Assembly: GCF_021869535.1 (NCBI RefSeq)
Contig: NW_026262690.1
Location: 103,602,001 to 103,666,000 of the forward strand
Direction of reading: 5' to 3'
DNA length: 64,000 nucleotides
Source of the DNA: Mytilus californianus
Lineage: Eukaryota
The stretch's first letter is position 1, and each line of letters begins with the position of its first letter. The translations under genes and the position numbers were made by a program. The notes beneath the pieces are model-generated. The model saw nothing but the letters and a program-made list of their open reading frames with translations, was not told where the DNA came from and searched no databases. Below, piece after piece: positions 1-11,229 of the stretch.

Positions 1-289
1 TACGTGTCTAAGACACTTATTTTTATGAGAGGTCAAATTCCTGGAAATGACGTATTTTCACTTATTTTCTCTTTTAACCTACTTTTTACATAACAAGTTA
101 TCTAAACGAAACCTATTTGCAAAAACCCGAATACCAAGCTTTTTCGTATTGACGTTTTTTTTAAATAGTTTATGCTTTCTCATCTGTATTAAGTGGTTCC
201 GTAAAGCCTGATTATCTATTCATTCTTTCAATGAAAAAATTACACACTAAACATACGTACATTGTCGATAAATATATAATTTAGTAAGT

Positions 290-625
290 TTTACGAACGA
301 CAACATGATTTGGTTGACCGTTATTGGATTTTAATTATGTGTGTCACAGATGACCATGGATATGTTCCAATTGTCCCAAACATCACCGAATGAGATTTAT
401 CATAGGATTGTACATTTCACGAACAACACGACGGGTGCCACATGTAGAACACAACTGCTTAACCTTACAGAGCGCCTGATATCACCTCCGTTTTTTTTAT
501 CGGGTTCGAGTTGCTCAGATTGTTGTTGGTCTTTTCGTCGTTTTTCGTTTTTTGCCATGGTATTGTCGTTTTCTCTTTGACTTACGAATTGTGTTTGACC
601 CTTTGGTGTTTGCTCCCCCTTTTTA
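290..625 (+). mobile_element. 3' end fragment of the same Penelope-like family
   Basis: ttggttgaccgttat...aacacgacgggtgccacatgt...ctcccccttttt matches 39780-40150. Confidence 0.75.
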
Positions 626-1622
626 TTTGATTGAACTTTTCATCTGTTTCATCGTAGTGAGTACACATTCATTTCATTTTTTTTACCTTGGAACTTAAGT
701 CTTTTATTTTTATCCTGCAATTTAACATTAAAGCATTAACATAACTAATTGTTGTCTTTAATTTTTTCATGAACAGGTTATTGCTTGAATGCAGACCTTA
801 ATGACCACTGGCCTGTGACGTTTACAGTAATTCTAATATGACCGCCCTAACTAAAGCAGGATATTAGGAAATGAAATTTGTGTTCACTGTAAAAATAAAG
901 CAATAATTTTGTGTAGGTCTAAATTATTTGGCTAATTGCAGGATAAAATGGTTTACAACAACATATCAACCACATGCACAAACGAAAAAACAATGAAGTC
1001 CTCTTTAAAAACCATAAAAAATAATGAAAGTTACTACATTTTCATAACAGAGCGTTCAGATAGCCTGAATTTAAGTACCCTTTGCATGATTTTGTATTTT
1101 CTTTGAATTTACAAAATGGTATGCAATACATAATTTTTAAAGTTTAATGCAAATCCAGTTGTTATTTTAAAAGGATAGAAGTCCATTACTAGGAAAGTAC
1201 TGAGCCTTTTATAAAGTGACGGGGATCATAGTATATTCATAGTTGCAACTGTGTTGAGTAAAGTTTCTCCGGAAACATTATTTTTCTTTTGCACATTTCT
1301 CTAGGTAATTGACTTCTAGAAATATGAAAATATAGAGATATTAAGTGTACATAAACTAAATATAAAAATCAATTTCATGTGCATTTGGTAATTATCTTGT
1401 CATTATGAATGAAATGAGAAGCGGACAAGGCATGCACAATGTTTAAATTCAAATGTTTTACGAAGGATTATAGTTTTGAATTCTGATCATGTATAAAATA
1501 TATTTGAGTAAAATTGGTTTGAAGAAATGTCAGCTTATCTTTTCGAAAAGCTTTATCATGAAACTGTAGATTAAATATAAATCAAAAGGAAATGAAAACA
1601 TCATGCCATAATTTGATTCTAC

Positions 1623-1787
1623 CTCCTAAGCCGTGACCAGCTAGAAAGACTTTATCGCCTTCAAAGCCAGCATCCAGCAACTGCTTACGAGCACCGTTGA
1701 ATGCAATAGGGAAGAGAAGTGAACTTGGTATGCTCTCTAAAACCACAACCCATAACCTCAAAGTGCTCCTGCTCTGCAATACTTTTG
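1623..1787 (-). CDS. Alpha/beta-hydrolase paralog 1, exon 2b (tandem duplicate of 2a)
   Basis: ctttcag|CA acceptor; AKVLQSRSTLRLWVVVLESIPSSLLFPIAFNGARKQLLDAGFEGDKVFLAGHGLGG; G|GTAGAA donor; 165 nt, phase 1-1. Later exons were not found in 1-1600 and presumably lie outside the window. Confidence 0.85.
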
Positions 1788-1845
1788 CTGAAAGAGAACA
1801 TTATGAGAAATATTAAAAGTGAAAGGGCATAAAAATGTGTTCTAC

Positions 1846-2010
1846 CTCCATCACCATGGCCTGCTAGAAATACTTTATCTCCGTGGAAACCTTTATCCAG
1901 TAACTCGTTACATGCATAGTTGAATTCGAAAGGGAATGCTAATGTACCTGGAATCGTCTCTAAAATTGCAACCCATAATCTCAGAGCGCTTCGGTTCTGT
2001 ATTGCGTTAG
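1846..2010 (-). CDS. Alpha/beta-hydrolase paralog 1, exon 2a
   Basis: tttcag|CT acceptor; ANAIQNRSALRLWVAILETIPGTLAFPFEFNYACNELLDKGFHGDKVFLAGHGDGG; G|GTAGAA donor; 165 nt, phase 1-1; homologous to paralog 2 exon 2. Confidence 0.85.
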
Positions 2011-2599
2011 CTGAAACATCATTCATATGAATTGTATTGTAAGTTAAGTTAAATTACCAAGACCCAATAAATGGAAGAATGCACCAATAACAAGTCTTGT
2101 CAACGTCACATTCTAATTCTTACTTAACATTTTTTTTTCAATAACGAAGTTTCAGATAATATAGAGGTGGAAGATAAATTCCATTTTGTAATAATGTGTC
2201 CATAACCAAATAACTCTTAAATCAAAATGTTTAATGAAAATTCTGATATTGTTCCTTGATTTAATTCAATGCGTAATGAAAATTAATTAATTTTCTGTTT
2301 CTTTTGATAAATATGACATTTTTATGATTATTGTTAATGGCATAAGTCAGATATATATAGTGATAAAAGCAACATTAACAATTCATGAACTGTGTGTTTT
2401 ACATGTGTGTTTTTTTATGTTTATCAATAATGGGACTCTTTTTTCTCTTTCGAATAACCTATAGTTATAGCAATAGTATAAACAACAAGTGACTATTCTA
2501 CCCTTTACACAAGTTTATCCTTTTCCAAACTTAAAGACAAATTAAAAGAATTGTTCTTACTTTTGTTTCATTAAAAAAATGGTCAACATATATACAGAT

Positions 2600-3620
2600 A
2601 TCTTGTTTTAGGGATGGACAAATCATACTGTGTAAACAAAACACTCTGATTCAAAGAAAAAATAGACATTATCAAGATGCTTGGTGTATTAATGACAACG
2701 TATTTATAACGTGTTGAGGACGTGTTTTTCAACAAACAATCGGCATTCCCATCGGAACCAACTGTGTTCATCTTCTAACTGACTTGTTCCTTTACTAATA
2801 TAAGGCATACTTAATACATGCAATTTTCAGGAAGAATGACAAGAAGCTATTTCCTTCTCCCTTAACTTCACATTCCGCTAAAAAGATGATGTTCCATCAC
2901 TAAACAATTCAAAATTTGTTGACTATGTTGAACGCATCTATCCCATCGAACTTGAAATAAAGGATACAACAGATACAGTTAAGACTGCCTCATATCTTGA
3001 CTTCCATCTAGAAATTAACAATGAGGATCGGTCGAGAACAAACTATTACGACAACAGGGATGATATCCGCTTCCCAATTGTGAACTTTCCATTTCTATGT
3101 AATAACATTCAAGCAGTGCCTGCATATGAAGAACTGTACATATCTCCCAGCTGCTACGATATTACAGAGCTTGCATTTCCTATTATGATTTTCTTGATGA
3201 ACTGCTTTTAATGAAGTTATTAAACAAAGGTTTCCATGTGGTGAAGTTGAAGTCGTGCCATCGAAAATTTTACGTGCGCCATAACAAGTTGGTTGACTGT
3301 TATGGAATGTCTGTTTTACAAATGACAACGAATCCCGCCCTCTTTTCCTCGAATGTGACATCACAGAATTAGACTTATCGCCGAGTTTGTACTTATATAA
3401 ACAACACGACGACTGCCACATGTGAAACAGGATTTCCTTATCCTTCCGGAGCACCTGTGATCACACCAGATTTTTTTGTGGGGTTCTTGTTGCTCAGTCT
3501 TAAATTTCCTATGTAATGTTTTTATATGTTTTTTTTTTGCCTTTTGGTCGTTTTTCGTTTTTTGCCATGGCGTTGTCAGTTTGTAATCGACTTTGGTATC
3601 TTCCGCCTCCCTTTTTTAGT
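2600..3620 (+). mobile_element. Decayed Penelope-like RT fragment plus 3' UTR in intron 1 of hydrolase paralog 1
   Basis: Nucleotide similarity to 39110-40150 (caaacaatcggcattcc, catctatcccatcgaact, cacgacgactgccacatgtg). Confidence 0.85.
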
Positions 3621-5157
3621 ATATAGATAAATATATTATATAAGTAGGCAGTATTTCCTTTTTGTCACTGTTCTTAATATAATAATTTAAATGCAAATAT
3701 GAGGAGAGGCATGTGTCACGCATTTAAAAAAAAATGGATGTTTTATCCATGTTACAGGTTTATATTGTTCATTGTTTATTTGTGATATTTAGTATCAATC
3801 ATAGCAATTGTTTTGATTACATAGTAATAAGATATCATATCTTATCTTTTAAAAAGATAACAAGTATCCCATTAACTATAATATGTTCCAATAACTATGC
3901 TTGTATATATTCAAGCAAACTTAGCTTGTATTCTCTTCTATGCTATACAAAACATTGAATTAGATCACAACATTGAATCACATAATATATATATTATAAT
4001 TCAATCAGACATGCATAATTTATTATCTTTATTGATTTGTATAAATTTTGTTGGAACTTACAGTTTAAACAGTGACATACTTTGATAATGACTATAACTT
4101 CATCTGATTTCATATTCAATACACCGGTAGGGCAAATTTCCGCTACAAAAATTCACACCCGGGTCATTTTCATATTTTTAATCATTACGAAAAATTCAGA
4201 GTACTTTGAAGTTCTGACAATATTCTGACTTATTAAGAATCATTCGACAAAATTATAAATGTATAAAGATATCTCAAACCTGTATTTTTTTTACTAAAAC
4301 CAAATGGTTCACAAAAAGGATAACAGGAATCATAAATATTTTGTACCAAATTGAAGAGTACATTAGACCACACAAACCACCGTAAACGATAACGATCAAC
4401 ACGTGTTCTAGATAGCATGACTTGTACAGGTAGGATATAAGGTGGGGTAAAACCGGATTTTCGTGCACACGCTCCTCCCCTTTTGCCAATGTCCTCTTTG
4501 GAATGAAGAAATACGGGTTGTCAGATACAAGTTAGTTCATTTTGTTTAGATGAACTTCGATGTAAAATTTTACAAAAAAACATGTGAAAATTATAATTTT
4601 GTATAAAAATCCATTCGAAGTTAACGTGGTAAAATTTTTGAAAAATATTTAAGTATATTATGTAGGTCTTAATATTAACATTCAAGTAGGTTTTGATAAT
4701 TCTTTTATGTTTACCCTGTAAGTGAAACAGAAACAGAAGCAACTGACCATAACTGTTAAGTCCATGGTTTTACTTCATCAGTTATTATATGTGCACAATG
4801 TGTTTACGAATTCATTGTTTATTAAAATTTATTCCTTTCACTAGGGTCATTTATTTTCTTTGCTTCGGTCAAACGTATTCACGAGATTCGCGTTTCAAAT
4901 GTGATTGGTTCGTTCGATAAAGTTCATTTCAATTTGTCAATTGCCTAGGAAATATTTTTGAAATAAGTGATTTTTATCGAATATTAGTAAGCAAAGGCAT
5001 TGACTCAATACGTACAATAATGCAGTTTTTGGTAAATCTCACTTATAGTACACAATGTTTTATTCAAAATTCTGTTGATTAGTATATAATCATATTGTCA
5101 TAAACTGGTTTTAAATGTTAATGAGCTTTATCTTTTTAAATAGTGAAGTCCTCTTAC

Positions 5158-5314
5158 CTAGAGGCTTGTACGCCGCTCCCGGTATAGACGTATCAGGGAC
5201 GATCACTATTGCAGCTTCCGATCCAGTTTTGTTTGGAGCCATAATTGTCACTTTTATACTCAAACATGATTGAATGCACAGAGAAAACAAAGCTATTTTG
5301 TATATTGTATCCAT
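5158..5314 (-). CDS. Secreted alpha/beta-hydrolase paralog 1, coding exon 1 (signal peptide plus first strand)
   Basis: MDTIYKIALFSLCIQSCLSIKVTIMAPNKTGSEAAIVIVPDTSIPGAAYKPL then G|GTAAGA donor (phase 1). Same length (157 nt) as, and clearly homologous to, exon 1 of the paralog at 22157-22313. Confidence 0.88.
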
Positions 5315-5751
5315 TTTGTTCAAAGAAGTAAATACAAATACGTGTATCTTTGTTTATCAGGTGTTTATCTTTATAAAATGATATATCACATCATATCTAT
5401 GTATATGATATCATATCGTCCTCATGTGATGACTTGTCCACTATACCGGGGAGCGACATTGATATTATCAGCAGATTGGACTATAGACTTGGCCTTGGAA
5501 TTTCTATCTTAAACCGTTTTCATCTGTTTGGATTAGAAACAGTATCTGGAAAAAAAACCAGAACGACCTAAGATATTTTTATTCGAGCGTCAATAGCGAG
5601 TCAAACGCGCGTCTTGCGTACTAAATTATATAAGACTGGTATATTTCATTAATTTTTAGTGATTTTCTAATGTTTGTGATTCGTATGTGTACATATCGAT
5701 ATATGTATGCGATGTCTGACAATTTAAAGTCTAATATAATACCAATGTACA

Positions 5752-5795
5752 GCACCAGATGCGTATTTCTACAATTAATGTCTCTTCAGTGATGC
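5752..5795 (-). ncRNA. Hammerhead motif (family C), stem II closing pair mutated
   Basis: - strand: GCATCA CTGAAGA GAC attaatt GTA GAAA TACGCA TC / TGGTGC. Confidence 0.75.
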
Positions 5796-6470
5796 TAGAG
5801 GTCAGAATTTCTGAAAATTCAAAACCAAGGCATTGCAATCTCGGATTGTTTTAGATCAGAATAAGAATAACAAAATAATACTATAAAACATTATTTATTC
5901 TTATGAAATAGTTATCAAAGTTACCAGGCTTATAATTTAATGCGAAAACTTAAGACAGACAACCGTATGGTATAAAAGTACGATAGTGTGATGCATTCCC
6001 AGAAACAATTACCCTCTTGACGTGCGTGATATCCTTTGCTTTGACTCATTACTGATTACATGTATTTGTCAATCCATAAAAACTACGACGGAAAAGCACT
6101 AGCTTTAGCATTTGATAAACAATTTATGTAGAGGCTCCATTCAATTAAATGTTGAATGATGAATCACGCTTTTAGGCAAAAGGACAACATCACCGGTTCC
6201 TTTTATTTGCAAGAATCTTGTCATTTTTGTCCTGCATTCAACTTAACATTCGATGTTTTTAAAGCAACTATAATTCATATCAATACGATTTATATCTACA
6301 AACTCCTTCAACAGTATCTTTGTCTTGCAATACAGGACAAATCTCAAACTAAAAGAGACCTTTATTATCTCGTCCAAAAAAAGAAAACAACATTTAAAAA
6401 ATAATTTCATGCGCCCGAAGCGCTTTTCTTGATTAACCTTCATCTGGAACGCTCAAATCCGAATATTTTA

Positions 6471-8885
6471 ACATCAACATCAGCTCCTATTGTATCATAC
6501 AGTTACGCCAAAACCATTGCACCTAAAGTATTTAACTATAAGCAAGCATTGCAAGACCTTGATTTAGAAGAATACCTAAAAAAAACCTTATGAACTGTGA
6601 CTGTTCCCACTCGCCCTACATTTACAGCCCCTCTGGAAATGTTATTATTGGGGATCTAAACATAATTCAACATGAATATCTCCGAAAAGTGATATCTCAT
6701 GGTCCTAAGTTCAGAGAAGCCCAACACATCAATTGGAACCATAAATTCAAAATAATTATGGATTCAATTTAGGACTACGCCAGAACATGGGCTAAACGAG
6801 AAGAATTGAACTGGACACTTTGTCAGAATGGGTCAAAACAATCAGGCCTTGCGGCCTACTCCGAGTACTGAGTAAAGTTTTATGACCGAGGGCCCAGGTC
6901 TCTCATAAAACGTCGAATTCATAAGTTGTAGTGTGAATGATCGACCAAAGTCCGTTTTCAGAGACAAAGAAGCTGTGAAATGTCTATCATCTCTTCACGA
7001 TAAATATGTTGTTGTTACTGCGGACAAAGCTTTAAATAATATTGTCTTTGTATGTAAATCGTACTATTACGAGTGTCTTGAAAAAGAATTAGGAATAAAT
7101 GAGCACTCAGATAATCCTACAATCAAAAACATATCTGACAAGGATGAAATTTTGACAAATCATAAGTCCTTCATGGCTTCAATGAACATTACTTTGAACA
7201 GCAAATCTGAGGACTTACCTTATTTGTATTGGATACCTAAGCTTCACAAAATTCCGTACAAACAACGGTACACTGCCGGCTCATCTGCATGTTCTACAAA
7301 AGAATTGTCCATTAGATTGACAAAAATTCTGTCCACAGTGAAAGAGTGTCTTCAGAAATAATGTGAAATTTTTACTCGCGTAGTGGTATTAACCATATGT
7401 GGATTCTAAAAATTTCTAAAGAACTTCTGGATAATTTTAAATCACGATCTTTCTCTGAAATCAATTCTATTAAAACTTTTGATTTTTCAACCCTGTATAC
7501 CACCATTCCCCATGTTAAATTTAAAAATCGTCTAAAAGAAATAATCCACAATGCTTTTCAATATAAAAATGGTAGCATACGTTATAAATTTATTACTTTG
7601 GGATACCATACGGCATATTTTGTAAATAGTGAACAAAAAGGTAAAACATGCTATACAGAGGAACAACTGATCAGTATGCTGGAGTTTCTTATTGACAACA
7701 TATTTGTTGAATTTGGAGGTAGAGTTTTGTAACAAATTGTTGGCACTCCTATGGGAACGAGCTGTGCGCCTCTCCTTGTCGACCTCTTCTTATTTTCACA
7801 CGAGTCGGAGTTCCTTCAGACACTTTTCAAAAACAAAAAGATAAAAAAAGCCAGGTCATTTATAAATTTCACATTCAGATATATTGATAATGTTCTTTCC
7901 ATTAACAATCCAAACTTTTCTGATTGGGTTCCATTAATATATCCTCAAGAACAAAAAATAAAGAAACATCAGACACGGCTTCCTCTGCCTCATTTTTAGA
8001 CTTATAACTCGAATTTGACATAAGCGGTCATCCAGTACCAGAATCTATGATATATGAGACGATTTTAATTTTGAAATTATCAATCCCCCCTTATTAGCAA
8101 TATACCAACTTCACCTGCATATGGGTATTCGGTATTCAAGAGCTTGCAGCTGCTACTCAGACTTTGTAAACGTCACCTGTGTCTGAGCAGAAAGTTGAAC
8201 CAGGGTTATGTCAAAGAACGTCTCGTCCGTTTTCTGTATAAGTTCATCGGAAGATACCAAGACCTTGTTGATAGATATTCTGTATCAGTTTCACAAATAA
8301 TACATGATGGTCTTGAAGTATAGATTCTACGTTTTTTATCATCTTAATTACGTGTTATTATGTTCTTTGTAAATTATTAACCTTTTTTTAGTCCATTTTT
8401 GGTTATATCCTTTTGGCGTGGCTTGGTACTTATACACCCCACCATTGTATTATTGTGATATGGTCATTTTTTGTATTCTTGTCGTTCATTTTTGCTTATG
8501 TGCTTTGTCTGTATGCCATATTGTTTTTTTTTTGGGGTTTTTTTTTGACATATTTGTTTGTTTTTATAGTGATCAAGATTATAACACAATGCTGACTGTT
8601 GTACCACTATTTTTGACATTTTTTCGTATTATGTCTGTTTGTTTTGTTCACACATTGTTGTCAGTATAATGGAATTATAAGCGACTGTCATACAAGTGGG
8701 AAGTTTAGCTAGCATAAAACCAGGTTTAATCCACCATTTTCTAAATAAATGCCTGTACCAAGTCAAGAATATGACAGTTGTTTTCCATTCGTTTGATGTG
8801 TTTGAGCTATTGATTTTGCCATTTGATAAGGGACTTTCCGTTTTGAATTTTCCTTGGAGTTCGGTATTTTTGTATTTTACTTTTT
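6471..8885 (+). mobile_element. 5'-truncated, decayed Naiad-type Penelope-like retroelement (family 1): linker, RT and 3' UTR
   Basis: CDC motif 6596-6604 followed by GNVIIGDL; LYWIPKLHK, KTFDFSTLY, PMGTSCAP, FRYIDN; stops and frameshifts; no GIY-YIG after the RT; ends in a T-run at 8885. Confidence 0.85.
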
Positions 8886-9744
8886 AAAGCCAAGGATGTA
8901 TAAAAACCGAAACAGTTGAAGAGCTTTATGACAAAAAATGCCTATATAAATTGCTAAATCCATCTAAGTTCAACTTTGCCTGAGGGAGTTGAAACCTTAG
9001 TTTCTTTATAATTTCAAAATTATAAGCAGACACTTTTAGAAAGGTTTGTTATAAATCATGTAAGTACCGAAGTACTGACTACTGAGCTGATGATACCCTT
9101 TGGGACTGATTATCCAGCAGCAGAGGCATCGACCCAGTGCTGTAAAAAATAAAAACAACACGTTAAATAATTTCATGCGTCCGAACTAGGGATACTTAGC
9201 CAATGATATAAACCGTAATTATTGTTTGATTATCTTAGCTGTATTTGGAAAAACCTTTCGGAATTTTAGGTCTCCAATGCTCTTTAACTTCTTACTTTAT
9301 TTGGCCTTTTATCTTTTTTTTGATGCGGTCGTCACTGGTGAGTCTTTTGTAGTAGAAACGCGTGTCTGGTTTACACAAATATAAGCCTGGTATCTTTGAA
9401 AAGTGGTTTTGCATTGGGGATACCCTTATTTGCGAAATTGCAAGATCGATATTATTAGTACCCCGAGTTCAGTTTGATTAGGCTTTCCCTGTTACCATGA
9501 AATTCTGAAGATATTTGATCATAAACGATGAAATCCAATTTAAAATGTTTGCGATTGGAAATGATTTCTTTATTCAGAAAGTTAATGTTTTCGTCTAAAT
9601 TTGAAGTTAATCATTCAGCACTTGTTTTTTTTTTTTATTTCTCCATTAATGATGCAGAGATTACTATATAAAAAGTTTTATTTCATTAACATTTCCTGTT
9701 TGTAGAGACTTTTATAGTTGATATTTACAGACTAAAATCTTAAA

Positions 9745-10065
9745 TTATGTAGAATTAGATTTTATTTGTGACGTTGTATATTTTAGAGAGTCGATATAAA
9801 TCCATTCCATTGCCCTGAACGGCGATATCAAAGTACAATCATTTTGTCCAGAATAGCTTTTCGTTGGCTCACTCATACCAGTCTGGAATCTGGCAGCTGT
9901 TACATAGAGACCTGTTTGATTATAGTTGAGGTCTAATTGCGACCTGACCCATTGAAATTCTGATGAAACACTGACGTCATCATTGAATATAATTCGTCTT
10001 CCTCTTGATGTGTACCTTTCCTTTGCCATTGGTGATGATTTCGCAAAGGCTAGTTCATAAGCATT
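9745..10065 (-). CDS. Alpha/beta-hydrolase paralog 2, exon 7 (last)
   Basis: tttcag|AAT acceptor; NAYELAFAK...RYTSRGRRIIFNDD...CTLISPFRAMEWIYIDSL...NST*; AATAAA at 9677-9682 (-). The seven exons total 1467 nt = 488 aa plus stop with no frame break. Confidence 0.88.
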   Translation of the reverse strand, partial: NAYELAFAKSSPMAKERYTSRGRRIIFNDDVSVSSEFQWVRSQLDLNYNQTGLYVTAARFQTGMSEPTKSYSGQNDCTLISPFRAMEWIYIDSLKYTTSQIKSNST

Positions 10066-10787
10066 CTGAAAAACATGATTTATAATAAAGTTTACGTCCA
10101 AATCTTTTCAATATTCTAGTATGTCCTAGTAATCCACTATTTGATATTCTTAAAGCTACGGTTTTTTACGAATGAACAATCGGAAATGAACAACCTCCTA
10201 GTATTTTTGTGTGCAAAACACTCACAGCTAAAATCTGAATTTAAACAATGGTGAACTCTTACCTAAAGATGAAAAATTTCCTGTTATCATACATGTTACT
10301 GAATTTGAATAAGGGACAATACAAATGGTGACTAAAGAGAGAAAGAATACTCTGTCAACTCCATGATACCTTTTTTATGGGTTTGGTATTACAGATGCTT
10401 TAGTTTTCAATCATGTATGATCTTTATTTTGAGTTTTTTCTCATTTATTTTCGTTGCATGAACTTGGTGTTCAGTTGTAGTTTAATCATACATGCAGTTT
10501 TCAAACATTTATTTCACCAAATTCATTGGTTGCAGTTTGTCCATTCATTTCCATTATCAAACATTGTTTTAGAAAACTAATTTGGAGATAAACCAATTTA
10601 GAATTCTGTAACAGATATATTCTCTGATTTTTTTTAATTCAATCTATATCATAAAATATGCATATTTTATGAAACAAAAATGATTTGCATCGTTAATAAA
10701 CATATCACACTTTTTTGTTATGTTCATATTTGATGATCAAATGTTTACTTTGAGAACAAAATAGATCTGACAATAAATACTTAGTAC

Positions 10788-11033
10788 CTGATTGACTTCT
10801 TTACAGGATGCCGGTATACCAAATTGACTGGAGGGTAAAATCTTTTTGACAGCCTCTTGACTTTTCATCGTTGCTTTTAGTTGTAAAGGACTCAGAGGTG
10901 ATGTAGTTGAATCTAGAGGGTTTGGTTGCATCCATAAAGTTGTCAGACTTTCAATTTTTATATTATCTGACGGAATTAAGACACGTGATTGTTTTGGTAA
11001 AATATCCAGTGATTCGTCTTCGTAATTGATAAA
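10788..11033 (-). CDS. Alpha/beta-hydrolase paralog 2, exon 6
   Basis: ttattag|TTT acceptor; FINYEDESLDILPKQSRVLIPSDNIKIESLTTLWMQPNPLDSTTSPLSPLQLKATMKSQEAVKKILPSSQFGIPASCKEVNQ; CAG|GTACTA donor; 246 nt. Confidence 0.8.
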
Positions 11034-11229
11034 CTAATAAAAGATAAATTCAATTTGAACGAAAATGCTTTTCATGTTTGCAGGTCTTTAGATAAAATCT
11101 TATTGTTATATAAAATATAAATAATTGTAAAAAATAGCATCTTTTAAAGTTTTCTGCTTTATAAGCATATTAAGAAATCCAAGGTTGTTCTGTTCATAAT
11201 TTCATTATCAAAAACTACTCATTTAATAA

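Noticed and set aside
1-1600. Exon 3 of hydrolase paralog 1
   Set aside because: No - strand frame with LLxxSY or PVLTISGDLD-like motifs and valid splice sites was found.
6243-6443. 66-aa - strand ORF (MKVNQEKRFGRMK...)
   Set aside because: It is a chance translation through the family B ribozyme repeat.
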